Source: Planctomycetota bacterium | GTDB lineage: Bacteria; Planctomycetota; UBA1135; UBA2386 | Length of the DNA: 64,000 bases | Direction of reading: 5' to 3' | Assembly (NCBI GenBank): GCA_965223545.1 | Contig: OZ245006.1 | Coordinates: 7,933,713-7,997,712, forward strand | Shown here: piece by piece, positions 55,701 through 63,993 of the stretch | Numbering within the stretch: the stretch's first letter is position 1 | Layout: each line of letters starts with the position of its first letter | Notes under the pieces: generated by a model | Database searches by the model: none | Told to the model about the DNA's origin: nothing | Seen by the model: only the letters and a program-made list of their open reading frames with translations | Made by a program: the position numbers and the translations under genes

Positions 55701-56436
55701 TTACGAGCGATTTGCGCACGCGGCCCTGGACGACATCTACAGTGCCGCGGCGTTGGCGGCGGCGCGCCGCGACACTGCCAGCGAGCTGCGCAGCGGTTGG
55801 CTGCGCAACGACGGTGGCGGCAGCTTCCATTGGCTGCCATTCGAGCGCCGGGTGCAGGTCGCTCCGGGCTTCGGCGTCGTGGTCCGCGATCTCGACGGCG
55901 ACAGCCTGCTCGATGTGTTCATGGCGCAGAACTCCGATGCGCCGGAGCCGGAGACCGGCAGGATGGCGGGCGGCCTCGGCCAGGTGCTCGCCGGCGTGGA
56001 CGGCGGCCCTCCGGCCTGGCGGGGCGCCGCCGAGACCGGGGTGGTGATCGCTGCCGATGCGAGCGCCGCGGTGAGCGCCGACCTCGATCGCGATGGCAGC
56101 CCGGATCTCCTGGTCGGGATCAACGACGGGCCGGTGCGCGTCCTGCGCAACACGGCGGCGTCGACGCGGTTCTTCGCCGTGCGCCTCGAGGGGCCGCCGG
56201 GCAACCCGACGGCGATCGGTGCGCGGGTCACCGTGCAGCTGGCCGGTGGCCGGCAACAGGTGTTGCCGGTGGTGTGCGGCAGTGGCTACCTGTCGGCGGC
56301 CAGTCCGGAGTTGCTCTTCGGTACCGACGCGCAGACCGTCGCCGAGGTGCGCGTGCGTTGGCCGAACGGTGAGCACACCGTCCACCGGCCGGCCGAAGGT
56401 CAGCGGCGCGCGGTGTTGACCAGTCCCTCGCGCTGA
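52735..56436 (+). CDS. CRTAC1/ASPIC-UnbV family protein with a duplicated FG-GAP(VCBS)-repeat + UnbV_ASPIC architecture
   Basis: 1233 aa. Many FG-GAP/VCBS motifs (VGDVDGDGRPDVYLV, FVDIDGDGDLDLYV, DFDRDGDVDLAV). Two UnbV_ASPIC-like modules (RVVLRTAGGVQVREVMPVRGYLSSCEP and RVTVQLAGGRQQVLPVVCGSGYLSAASPE). The GTG start overlaps the upstream gene by 11 nt. Confidence 0.9.
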   Translation: MTAEVAPAKPVFRVRAWLLAGALACGACQRQPPPLVSEPLRPLAGQGERRFVRLDPDATGLRFVNELLPENAYPYLNNGAGVAVGDVDGDGRPDVYLVSRDGRNALFLQRAPFEFVDATERAGVDGGAAWGSGASFVDIDGDGDLDLYVCNTESPNLLYVNRGDGQFDERAAEFGLDLVAACQMATFADYDRDGDLDVYIVTNRVFAGDLPAEIVADVRVPAAVTKTAAEMFGSTDGVVLADGEWRIPEAARSHVFAMRDQLYFGGQRDRLMRNDGGRFVDVTAESGIADQGMGLSATWWDFDGDGWLDLYVANDLESPDQLYRNLGSGLFEEVAARTVPHTAYYGMGSDAADLDNDGRLELMVADMSATSHEKSKMLMGPMGRRRWVLENARPPQYMRNAVFWNSGTPRLQEIAHLAGLASSDWTWAVLLADWDLDGHNDVFVTNGIPRFDMNPDNALRLAGAPRAQQVAFARRIAALPERNLAFRNLGDLRFEDVAEEWGIDHRGVSQGAAYGDMDRDGDLDLVVNNLNGHAWIYRNETVGAHRLVVRLAGRGGNSAGIGARVVLRTAGGVQVREVMPVRGYLSSCEPAAFFGLGTESRIEQLVVCWPSGVEQSFDDVPVDHAVTVTEPPPPQVRSAPAAAAGAGQPPWFREEAARLGLPFEHRERAFDDYALQPLLPHRLSRAGPGIAVADVDGDGADDVWVGGAAGQGGALYLHREGEYRRVDGPWTMHGEAEDMGAVFFDADADGALDLFVASGGIEAEAGAATYADRLYLGDGSGGFRDATERVPGPFASSSAVAAADFDRDGDVDLAVGGRVVPGRYPHAPPSRLLRNDGGRFTVLEDAHAPGLADAGMVTALLWADLDDDGWLDLIGAAHWRPLVWWRNAGDGGSLAAREALPAGTGWWNAVAVGDLDADGDLDLVATNNGENSKYHADDDHPALLYSADFDGNGVLDVIEAKLRGDEQLPVRGRSCSSAAMPFVAERFPTYERFAHAALDDIYSAAALAAARRDTASELRSGWLRNDGGGSFHWLPFERRVQVAPGFGVVVRDLDGDSLLDVFMAQNSDAPEPETGRMAGGLGQVLAGVDGGPPAWRGAAETGVVIAADASAAVSADLDRDGSPDLLVGINDGPVRVLRNTAASTRFFAVRLEGPPGNPTAIGARVTVQLAGGRQQVLPVVCGSGYLSAASPELLFGTDAQTVAEVRVRWPNGEHTVHRPAEGQRRAVLTSPSR

Positions 56437-57680
56437 ATCGGCCGGCGCCACCGCGCCAGAATCGCGCGGGCGCCGGCGGCGGCCGACAGCAGGGCGAAGC
56501 CGTACAGCTCCGGCCGGAGCGGAGTGGCATACCGCGGCCAGGGGGCGAACACCGTGTAGACCGCGGTGGCGTAGAGCAGCGGCGCCAGCAGCAGCCAATC
56601 TCGTCCGAGCCCGTGGCCGCGCAGGCGCCGCCACAGCGCGGCGGCCGCGCCGGCGGCGGCGAGCACTACGAGCAGCGGGTGGAGTATCTGCATGCCGCGG
56701 CGCGTGGCCTCGGCTGCCAGTTGGGTCTCGTAGAGCGAATCGGCGACCGGAAACACGTACACGTCGCCTTGTCCCTGCAGGATCGACCAACCCCACAGCG
56801 CCGCCGGTTTGCCCAGCAGATACCAGGCGAGGTACTTGCCGGGCTGTTGGCCGACGCGCTCGGACAGCACCTCGGCAAAGCGCTGCCACGAGCGGCCGAA
56901 CTCGGGTTGGGCTTCGTCCTCCAGGTACGCCGAGTAGCGGTAGCGCGGGTCGCGGTGCACCCAGTCGGGGTAGGCGCCATGCGTCATCGTCATCAGGGCG
57001 CGCTGGCTGCCGCGCAGGGCCGGATCGTCGATGCCGTGCGAACGCATTGCCCATGCGCCGACGCCGGCGCCGACGATCAGCAGGATGGTGATCGCCTGGC
57101 GGCGGTTGGTGAAGACTGGCAGCAGCGCCAACGGCAGCAGGGCAAAGCTCTCGTTGATGGCGGCCGTGGCGAGGAGCAACACGCCGGCCAGAACCGTTCG
57201 GTGTCGGGCGACTGCCAGCAGGGCGCCGAGCAGGCTCACGCTGCACGCGGTCTCGGTCAGGATGTAGCTGCAGCTGGTGACCAAGTGTGGGCTGAGGGCG
57301 GTGAGTGCGGCGGTGCCCAAGGCGATGGCGTCGCCGGCGATGGGGCGGAGCAACGCGAACGCGAGCCAAACCGCCAGCGTCGACAGAGCGACCTGCAGCC
57401 AACGAACGGCCGCGTACCAGCCATCGCTGCCGGCGATCGCCATCGCCACCGCGAGCAGCGCGGGGTAGCCCGGGGAGCGGAGCGAATCGGGCCGCGGAGG
57501 GGCTTGGCGGTCGACCGAGAACGTGCCGTGCTCGACCAGGTTGTGCGCCGCCTGGGCGTACTGGCCGGCGTCGGTGCGCAGGGGGTCCTTGACGTAGGTG
57601 ACGGCGACGTAGCCGGCGCGCAGCAGGAGCGCGACGGCGCAGACGAACACCAACAGGACGTAGCGCTCGGGGGCTCGCAT
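56400..57680 (-). CDS. GT-C fold membrane glycosyltransferase (ArnT/PMT_2-like)
   Basis: 426 aa from the ATG at 57680. About 10 predicted TM segments. N-terminal pattern YVLLVFVCAVALLLRAGY...DAGQYAQAAHNLVEHGTFS...PGYPALLA is typical of GT39/GT83-type enzymes. Confidence 0.6.
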   Translation of the reverse strand: MRAPERYVLLVFVCAVALLLRAGYVAVTYVKDPLRTDAGQYAQAAHNLVEHGTFSVDRQAPPRPDSLRSPGYPALLAVAMAIAGSDGWYAAVRWLQVALSTLAVWLAFALLRPIAGDAIALGTAALTALSPHLVTSCSYILTETACSVSLLGALLAVARHRTVLAGVLLLATAAINESFALLPLALLPVFTNRRQAITILLIVGAGVGAWAMRSHGIDDPALRGSQRALMTMTHGAYPDWVHRDPRYRYSAYLEDEAQPEFGRSWQRFAEVLSERVGQQPGKYLAWYLLGKPAALWGWSILQGQGDVYVFPVADSLYETQLAAEATRRGMQILHPLLVVLAAAGAAAALWRRLRGHGLGRDWLLLAPLLYATAVYTVFAPWPRYATPLRPELYGFALLSAAAGARAILARWRRPIQREGLVNTARR

Positions 57681-57887
57681 GATGGGGGGCGGTGCTCGAG
57701 GGGGCGGTCGCCGCCTCCTGGGGTATCGGCCGGCGCCGGGTCCGGAGTGCAGCGCGCCGGCCTTTCCGTTCAGAACCGTTCGGTTCATCGGGCCGCGCGG
57801 GTTGGCCGATACCATGGGTGCGCTTTGCGCCACCCGGCCACGCGGCAGCGCTTGGCCCCCAAAGCGCCCTTCGACCCCCCCCTCGGA

Positions 57888-59054
57888 ATGACCAGCTTGC
57901 ACGAGACGACGGCGGCTTCACCCGTCACCGCCGGCCGGCGGCGCGTACTGCTCGCCGTCGGCACCCGCCCCGAGGCGGTCAAGATGGCGCCGGTGATCAC
58001 CGCGCTGCGCGCGCGGCCCGAGCTCCAGGTGCGGGTTCTGGCCACCGCGCAGCACCGGGACATGCTGGACTCCGTAATGGAGTTCTTCGGCGTCGCTCCG
58101 GATGTCGACCTGGATCTGATGCGCCCGGGCCAGGGACTGGCGGATTTGACCGCCCGCATGCTGTCGGCGGTGGACGCCGTCTTGGCGCGCGAACAGCCGG
58201 ACCTGGTGCTCGCCCAGGGGGACACCACGACGGTGATGGTCACCGGGTTGTGCTGCTACTACCGCGGCATTCCGTTCGGCCACGTCGAGGCGGGACTGCG
58301 CACCGGCGATCGCCGGCAGCCCTTTCCCGAGGAGATGAATCGCGCGGTCGTCGGGTGGCTCGCCGACCTGCACTTCGCGCCGACCGAAGCCGCGGCCGAC
58401 AACTTGCGGCGCGAGGGCGTCGCCGAGGACCGGCTGCACGTCACCGGCAACACGGTGATCGACGCCTTGCTGTGGGCTGCCGAGCGGGACTTGCCGCATC
58501 ACTACGGCTCCGGCGAGCGGCCGTTGGTCCTACTCACCGCGCACCGCCGCGAGAGCTTCGGTGCGCCGCTGCGCGCGGTGTTCGGCGCGGTGCGTGCGCT
58601 GGTCGAGGCGCGCGACATCGAGGTGCTCTACCCGGTGCATCCCAATCCCAACGTGCAGCGCGCGGCGCAAGAGCTGCTCGGGGGGCACGCGCGGATCCAC
58701 CTGGTCCCGCCGCTGACCTATCCACAGTTCGTCGCGGCGATGCGGCAGGCCCACCTCGTGCTCACCGATTCCGGCGGGGTGCAGGAGGAGGCGCCGTCCC
58801 TCGACCTGCCGGTGTTGGTGTTGCGCGACGTCACCGAGCGGCCGGAGGGGGTCGCGGCGGGTGCCAGCCGGCTGGTGGGAACCGAACCGGAGCGGATTCT
58901 GGCGGCCGCGACCGCGCTGCTCGATGACCCGAAGGCGCATGCCGCGATGGCGGGCGCGCGCAATCCATACGGCGACGGCCGGGCCGCCGAGCGCATCGTC
59001 GCGGCGGTCAGCGGGTTTCTGACGCCGGCTCCGCGCGGCGCAGATGGCGTCTGA
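57888..59054 (+). CDS. wecB: UDP-N-acetylglucosamine 2-epimerase (non-hydrolysing)
   Basis: 388 aa from the ATG at 57888. Motifs VGTRPEAVKMAPV, QGDTTTV, HVEAGLRT and LTDSGGVQEEAPSL. Confidence 0.95.
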   Translation: MTSLHETTAASPVTAGRRRVLLAVGTRPEAVKMAPVITALRARPELQVRVLATAQHRDMLDSVMEFFGVAPDVDLDLMRPGQGLADLTARMLSAVDAVLAREQPDLVLAQGDTTTVMVTGLCCYYRGIPFGHVEAGLRTGDRRQPFPEEMNRAVVGWLADLHFAPTEAAADNLRREGVAEDRLHVTGNTVIDALLWAAERDLPHHYGSGERPLVLLTAHRRESFGAPLRAVFGAVRALVEARDIEVLYPVHPNPNVQRAAQELLGGHARIHLVPPLTYPQFVAAMRQAHLVLTDSGGVQEEAPSLDLPVLVLRDVTERPEGVAAGASRLVGTEPERILAAATALLDDPKAHAAMAGARNPYGDGRAAERIVAAVSGFLTPAPRGADGV

Positions 59055-60531
59055 GGTCGGTCTCCTCGCGCGTCGGATGCCACCAGGCCAAGACCGCGAA
59101 GGCGAGCAGGACCACTCCCAGCTCGAGCGCACCGAGGTCCAGCGCTGGCCACAGCCGGCCGGTGAGATCGACGACCGCCAGCAGGGCCGTCAGCTGCAGG
59201 GGGCGGCGGAAGACGCGGCGCCACGCCAGGTCGACGCCGGCGGACCGCAGCGCGCCGGCGAGATGCAGAACGTACCACAGTTGGGTGGCGACCATCGCGA
59301 GCACGGCGCCGAGCGCGCCGCCGCCGGGGACCAGGACGGCGTTGGCGCCGACGTTGAGTAGAACTGCCAGGCAACAGGCGCGGCCCCAGACCTGTTGGCG
59401 GCCGACCGCGCGCAGCGCATTGTCCAGCGGTGCGGCGACGAAGCGCAGGAACAGCACGGGCGCCAGGGCGACGGCGAGCGGCCCCGCGCCGGCGTAGCTG
59501 CTTCCCAACAGAAGAGTGATCAGCCCATCGCCGTGCAGGGCGAGCAGCAGCGCGCCGGCCCAGCCCACCGTGCCGACGACCGTCGCGTCGAGGTGGTAGA
59601 GGCGGGCGACTGCCGTAGGGCCGTGGTGGCCGAGCTTGTAGGCGAGCGGCGAGATGGCGGTGGTGACCACCTGCGGCAGGAGCAACGCCAACACCAGTAG
59701 ACGGGTGGCAGCGTGATAGCGTCCGACTTCTTCGACGTCGCGCCACAGTCCGAGCAGCAAGACGTCGAGCTGGCCCATGGCGAGCACCGCGAGAACGCCG
59801 ACGGCAAAGGGCATCGAGGACCGCAGCGTCGTGGCCATCGCGTGCGCGGAGATCGCGGGCCGCACTTGGCGCACGATGCCGACCCACGGCAGCGCGGCGG
59901 CGAGCACCGCGGCACCGGCGTAGGCGTAGGCCAGGGTGTCGACACCACCCCCGGCGAGGAGTACCGCGGCCATGGCGGCTCCGCGCAGGAGGCTGCGGTG
60001 CATGGCGATCCGCGCCGTCCACTCCATCCGCTCCCAGGTTTGGTACACCGACGACGCCAGCATGCCGGCGCCATCGGCGAGGCTCGCGACGAACAGGGCG
60101 GGCAGCAGCGCGATGACCTCGGCGGGATAGCCGGCCAGCATGCTGATGCCGAGCGCAGCGACGAACACCGGCACTGCCAGCAGCGCCCGCCAGACGAGGG
60201 CCGCGCCGAGGAAGCCCGGCAGGGCCTCGGGCTGCCGCGTGCAAGTGTGCACCAGAGCGACGCTGGTGCCCAAGTTGCAAAACGGGGTCGCCAGCAGGGC
60301 GACGGTGAGCGCCAGCGAGAACACTCCGTACGCCGGCACGCCGAGGTAGCGGGCGACCAGAAAGAACAGGGCGTACTGGACCGCCGCGCTGCCGACCACG
60401 CCGATCCCGACGAAGGACAGGTTGCGCACCAACCGGTCGGCCGAAGCGCGCACGGAGTGGTCGGCCGCGGCGCCCTCGATCTCTCCGGGCAGCGCGCTGC
60501 CGCGTGAAGATTCTCGGCCCCGGACGCTCAC
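59008..60531 (-). CDS. wzx: Polysaccharide flippase (MOP superfamily, Wzx-like)
   Basis: 507 aa from a GTG overlapping the upstream stop (GTGA at 60528-60531). Motif LVRNLSFVGIGVVGSAAVQYALFFLVARYLGVPAYGVFSLA and about 12 or more TM segments. Confidence 0.8.
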   Translation of the reverse strand: MSVRGRESSRGSALPGEIEGAAADHSVRASADRLVRNLSFVGIGVVGSAAVQYALFFLVARYLGVPAYGVFSLALTVALLATPFCNLGTSVALVHTCTRQPEALPGFLGAALVWRALLAVPVFVAALGISMLAGYPAEVIALLPALFVASLADGAGMLASSVYQTWERMEWTARIAMHRSLLRGAAMAAVLLAGGGVDTLAYAYAGAAVLAAALPWVGIVRQVRPAISAHAMATTLRSSMPFAVGVLAVLAMGQLDVLLLGLWRDVEEVGRYHAATRLLVLALLLPQVVTTAISPLAYKLGHHGPTAVARLYHLDATVVGTVGWAGALLLALHGDGLITLLLGSSYAGAGPLAVALAPVLFLRFVAAPLDNALRAVGRQQVWGRACCLAVLLNVGANAVLVPGGGALGAVLAMVATQLWYVLHLAGALRSAGVDLAWRRVFRRPLQLTALLAVVDLTGRLWPALDLGALELGVVLLAFAVLAWWHPTREETDLRRHLRRAEPASETR

Positions 60532-61853
60532 CGCCGCTGCGCTTCCGTCGCCGGCACGCTCTGGCACGCAGCCATCAGCATGCCCAGCGCCATGAACAAG
60601 AAGTGGTTGCGGATCCAGTCGCCGACGGCCTGCACACCGACGACGGCGAACACGGCGAACGACAACGCGAGCGCACGGTTTGCCGATGGTGGGGCGCCGC
60701 GCGTGCGCCAGACCCGGAGGCCGACGGATCCGAGCAGGCCGACCAACAAGAGCAGGCCGAGCAGGCCGCACTCGCTGGCGAACTCGAGAAAGATGTTGTG
60801 CGGATACGAGCGTTCCGCCCACGCGTCGAGCTCGGCGAATCCGCCGGGGCCGACGCCGATCAAGGGCGACGACAAGAACGCCTGCCAGGACGTTTGCCAG
60901 GCGTAGGCGCGCTCTTGATAGGCCAGTGACTCGAGGACTCGTCCCGGGTCGAAGCGCTGCTCGAGCACTTCGGATGCCGACGAGCTGTAGAACGCGACGA
61001 TGGTGACCGTGGCGATCGCCGCCGGCCAGAGCACGGCGCGTCGCAGGCGGATCGCGAGCGGTGCCAGCGCCACCAGCGCCGCGATGGTGTAAGCGCGGGC
61101 CCCGGAGATCGCGATCAAGCCGAGACAGATGGCGAACACCGCCATGCTGAGCCGGCGCGGACCCGTGCGACCGCGATGCCACACCCACAGTGCCGCGGCG
61201 CCGAACGCGATCTTGGCCAGCGCGAAGGCCAGCGCCTGGTGGGCGGGTTGGACCAGCACGCCCGCGTAGGCGTGCAGCCGATAGAAGTAGTCGATCGTCA
61301 GCCGCGCCGGCTCGAGGGCGAGCGAGGCCAAGCTGCAGAGCAGCAACGGTGCTGCGAACAGGATGAGCCAGCGCGCCGGCGGCGGCGCCACGGCACGGCC
61401 GGCGGCCCAGCCGAGGAGCAGGGACGGGCCGCAGAGCAGGAAGAAGGCCGCCGTCTTCTGTTCGCCGTAGCCGTTGAGCGTCCGGCCGGTGACCGCGAGC
61501 AGCGCCACGTGGGCCAGCATCACCGCGCCGAGCCCGGCGAAGATCCAGACCTCGCGCTGGCGCAGGATGCCGCGCAGCTGGCCGCTGACCACGGCCAGCG
61601 GCAACAGCACCAGCTGCGCGACCGCTGCGCCGGCGATCCAGTTGCCGCTCTCGCCGGTCAGCGCGTGCGAGATGGACAACGACAGGTAGTCGCCGAACAG
61701 CAGGAAGGCGAGGCCCACGTGCAGCGTGGCGGTCAGTGCCGCGCGCGATGCCCGTCCCGGAGCTGCACCGCGCGCCGCGACCACGGCCGCCGGGGAGTCG
61801 GGCAGCAGCGGCTGCCAGCCGTCGGCGACCGCCCGTCCGGCGGCCCGGCTCAC
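60528..61853 (-). CDS. O-antigen ligase/polymerase family membrane protein (Wzy_C domain)
   Basis: 441 aa from a GTG overlapping the upstream stop (GTGA at 61850-61853). Polytopic. Motif SPLIGVGPGGFAEL...YPHNIFLEFASECGLLGLLLL is typical of Wzy_C. Confidence 0.8.
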   Translation of the reverse strand: MSRAAGRAVADGWQPLLPDSPAAVVAARGAAPGRASRAALTATLHVGLAFLLFGDYLSLSISHALTGESGNWIAGAAVAQLVLLPLAVVSGQLRGILRQREVWIFAGLGAVMLAHVALLAVTGRTLNGYGEQKTAAFFLLCGPSLLLGWAAGRAVAPPPARWLILFAAPLLLCSLASLALEPARLTIDYFYRLHAYAGVLVQPAHQALAFALAKIAFGAAALWVWHRGRTGPRRLSMAVFAICLGLIAISGARAYTIAALVALAPLAIRLRRAVLWPAAIATVTIVAFYSSSASEVLEQRFDPGRVLESLAYQERAYAWQTSWQAFLSSPLIGVGPGGFAELDAWAERSYPHNIFLEFASECGLLGLLLLVGLLGSVGLRVWRTRGAPPSANRALALSFAVFAVVGVQAVGDWIRNHFLFMALGMLMAACQSVPATEAQRR

Positions 61854-62977
61854 TGCGCGGCGACGCGCAGCGCGCGCGCCAGCACGGGTTGTAGCTCGGC
61901 GCGCCAGCGCGGCAGGCCGTAGAGCTCGGGGCAGGCCTGCATCGCGTTGCGGCCGAGGCGGACGCGCAGGTCGGAGTCGGTGATCAGCTGGTGCAGGGCG
62001 GCTTCGAGATCGGTCGCCGTCGGCGCGACCAGGCGGCCGTTGTGCCCGTTCTGGATCAGGTTGGGCAGCCCGCCGACCCAGGTGCCGACGACCGCGCAGC
62101 CGTGATACATCGCCTCGATCGCGCTCAGCGAAGTTCCCTCCCCGCAGATCGTCGGAATCACCGCGATCGCGGCCTGCCCGTAGGCTTCGCCCATCCGCTC
62201 GAACGGCAAGCTGCTCAGCTGCCACTGCTCGCGACGCATGCCGGAGTCGATCAGCTGCCGGCGGAGCGGCTCGGTGTGATAGCCGGAGCCGACGACGAAG
62301 TCGAAGCGCAGGGCGTGGTGTCGCCGCGCCAGCCGCGGCGCGACCTGGGACATGAGCCAGATCCCGCGGCGCGGCTCGCTCCGCCGGGGGAAGCAGATGG
62401 TCAGCGGCGCGCCCGGCCGCTGCACGGCCGCCGGTTGCAGCGGCTGAGGGCCCCATTGGTCGGGGTCGATGAAGTTGGCGACGTAGTGCAGCTTGCGATC
62501 GTGCCCGGCATCCGGCCAGCGGGCGCGGTACCAGTTGAGGAAGTTGGTATCCACGCAGACCATCGCGCCGGCGCGACTTACCGCGTGGCGGGCGACGCGT
62601 TCGGCCAGCCGCACCTTGGCCCAGCCGTACTCGCCGTCCCACCAGATGCCGTGCTGCACGACGATGCTCCGCGGGCGGCAGAGCGGGAAGGCCAGGTCCT
62701 CGAACATGTAGACCACCGGCGCACCGGCCGGCAACGAGCGGTGGCAGGCGAGGTTGAAGGCCGGCGATGCCCAAGCGCGGGCCGGGCAGCGGTGGCCGAC
62801 GATGCGGGCGCCGGCGTGCAAGGCGCGTTCGAAGGCGCGCGTCGCGCGCTGGTGCACGACCACTGGATGGCCGTTCGCGTTGAGCAACCGCACCAGCTCC
62901 AGCAGCCAGCGCTGTTGGCCGCCGTAGGTCATCGCCTCGCCTTCGTAGTCCAGCAGGCGCCACGTCAGCACGTGCAC
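61850..62977 (-). CDS. Glycosyltransferase family 4 (GT-B, Glycos_transf_1)
   Basis: About 375 aa if the GTG at 62977 is used (start uncertain). C-terminal motif GEGTSLSAIEAMYHGCAVVGTWVGGLPNLIQNGHNG. The upstream part of the 654-aa track ORF is Arg-rich and overlaps the GT2 gene. Confidence 0.8.
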   Translation of the reverse strand: MHVLTWRLLDYEGEAMTYGGQQRWLLELVRLLNANGHPVVVHQRATRAFERALHAGARIVGHRCPARAWASPAFNLACHRSLPAGAPVVYMFEDLAFPLCRPRSIVVQHGIWWDGEYGWAKVRLAERVARHAVSRAGAMVCVDTNFLNWYRARWPDAGHDRKLHYVANFIDPDQWGPQPLQPAAVQRPGAPLTICFPRRSEPRRGIWLMSQVAPRLARRHHALRFDFVVGSGYHTEPLRRQLIDSGMRREQWQLSSLPFERMGEAYGQAAIAVIPTICGEGTSLSAIEAMYHGCAVVGTWVGGLPNLIQNGHNGRLVAPTATDLEAALHQLITDSDLRVRLGRNAMQACPELYGLPRWRAELQPVLARALRVAAQ

Positions 62978-63030
62978 AGCCTCGGCCTCGAGCGGGCCGG
63001 CCGGTGCCTCGATGGCGGTGGCGGCAGGAG

Positions 63031-63993
63031 TCAGTGGGTCTTCGGCCCGAGCACCGCGTGCGCGAGGAAGCGCGACCAGATGCCGGCGACCAGTGTCCAG
63101 GTCAGTGGGTGCCATTTGCTGCGGTACTTGAGCACGAACTGGGTCATCGAGCGGTGCCGGAGCCACGTGCTGCGCAGCGGCGCGCGCCGGCGCGAGCCGC
63201 CGACGAGGTGCACGATCTCGGCGCGGGGGTGGTAGACCACGGTGTAGCCGTGCGCGCCGCTGGCGCGGCACAGGTCGACGTCCTCGCAGAACATCGGGTA
63301 GCGATCGTCGAGGCCACCGAGGGCGCGGAACAGCTCGCCGCGCACCAGCATGCAGCAGCCGCTGACCCAATCGGTCGATTGGGTGTCGGTGGGAGGCGCG
63401 TCGAGGTTGAGGTACGACCGGGTCCAGGGGTTGTCGGGCCACAGTCTGCTGAGCAGCGAATAGCGGTTGAACAGCGCGGCCGACAACGTCGGAAACCGGC
63501 GCCAGGAGCGCTGCAGATGCTCGCGGCTGAGGTCGTCCCAAACGCGCGGCCCGACGACGCCGACGCCGGGCGCCGCGTCGAGGTAGCGCACCAGCTCTTC
63601 GAGGCAGCCGTCGGTGAGCAGGGTATCCGGGTTGAGCAGGGCGACGTGGCGGCCGCGAAAGCCGCGCAGGGCGATGTTGTTGGCCTTGGCGAACGACACC
63701 GAATCCTCGAGCACGATCACCGTCGCGCGGGGAAACACCTCGCGCAGGCGCGTTGCGACCGGCTCGCCGGTGCCGTTCTCGACCACGCGAAAGTCGACCT
63801 CGAGCGCGCCGCACGCGCGCGCCCAGGTGTGGGCGCTGTCGAGCAGGAGCTCGAGCGAGCGGTAGTTGACCACCGCGACGGTCAGGTCGACGGTGGCCTT
63901 GGGGCGCTTCTGCGGTAGCGGCCGTTCGGGGGCGGCGCGCAGGAGCCGGCCGGGGGCGGCGGCCGGCTGCGCCTGGGTCTTTGCGGATGCCAT
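63031..63993 (-). CDS. Glycosyltransferase family 2
   Basis: 320 aa. Motifs LTVAVVNYRS, DSVSFAKANN and ALLNPDTLL (DxD-type), typical of GT2 rhamnosyl/galactosyl-transferase-like enzymes. Confidence 0.85.
   Translation of the reverse strand: MASAKTQAQPAAAPGRLLRAAPERPLPQKRPKATVDLTVAVVNYRSLELLLDSAHTWARACGALEVDFRVVENGTGEPVATRLREVFPRATVIVLEDSVSFAKANNIALRGFRGRHVALLNPDTLLTDGCLEELVRYLDAAPGVGVVGPRVWDDLSREHLQRSWRRFPTLSAALFNRYSLLSRLWPDNPWTRSYLNLDAPPTDTQSTDWVSGCCMLVRGELFRALGGLDDRYPMFCEDVDLCRASGAHGYTVVYHPRAEIVHLVGGSRRRAPLRSTWLRHRSMTQFVLKYRSKWHPLTWTLVAGIWSRFLAHAVLGPKTH

Noticed and set aside
50496-57921. Minus-strand ORFs of 810, 773 and 1012 aa opposite the sulfatase fusion, the ASPIC gene and part of the GT-C gene region
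   Set aside because: They are antisense to genes with dense family motifs. The translations are dominated by Arg, Pro, Gly and Ala runs.
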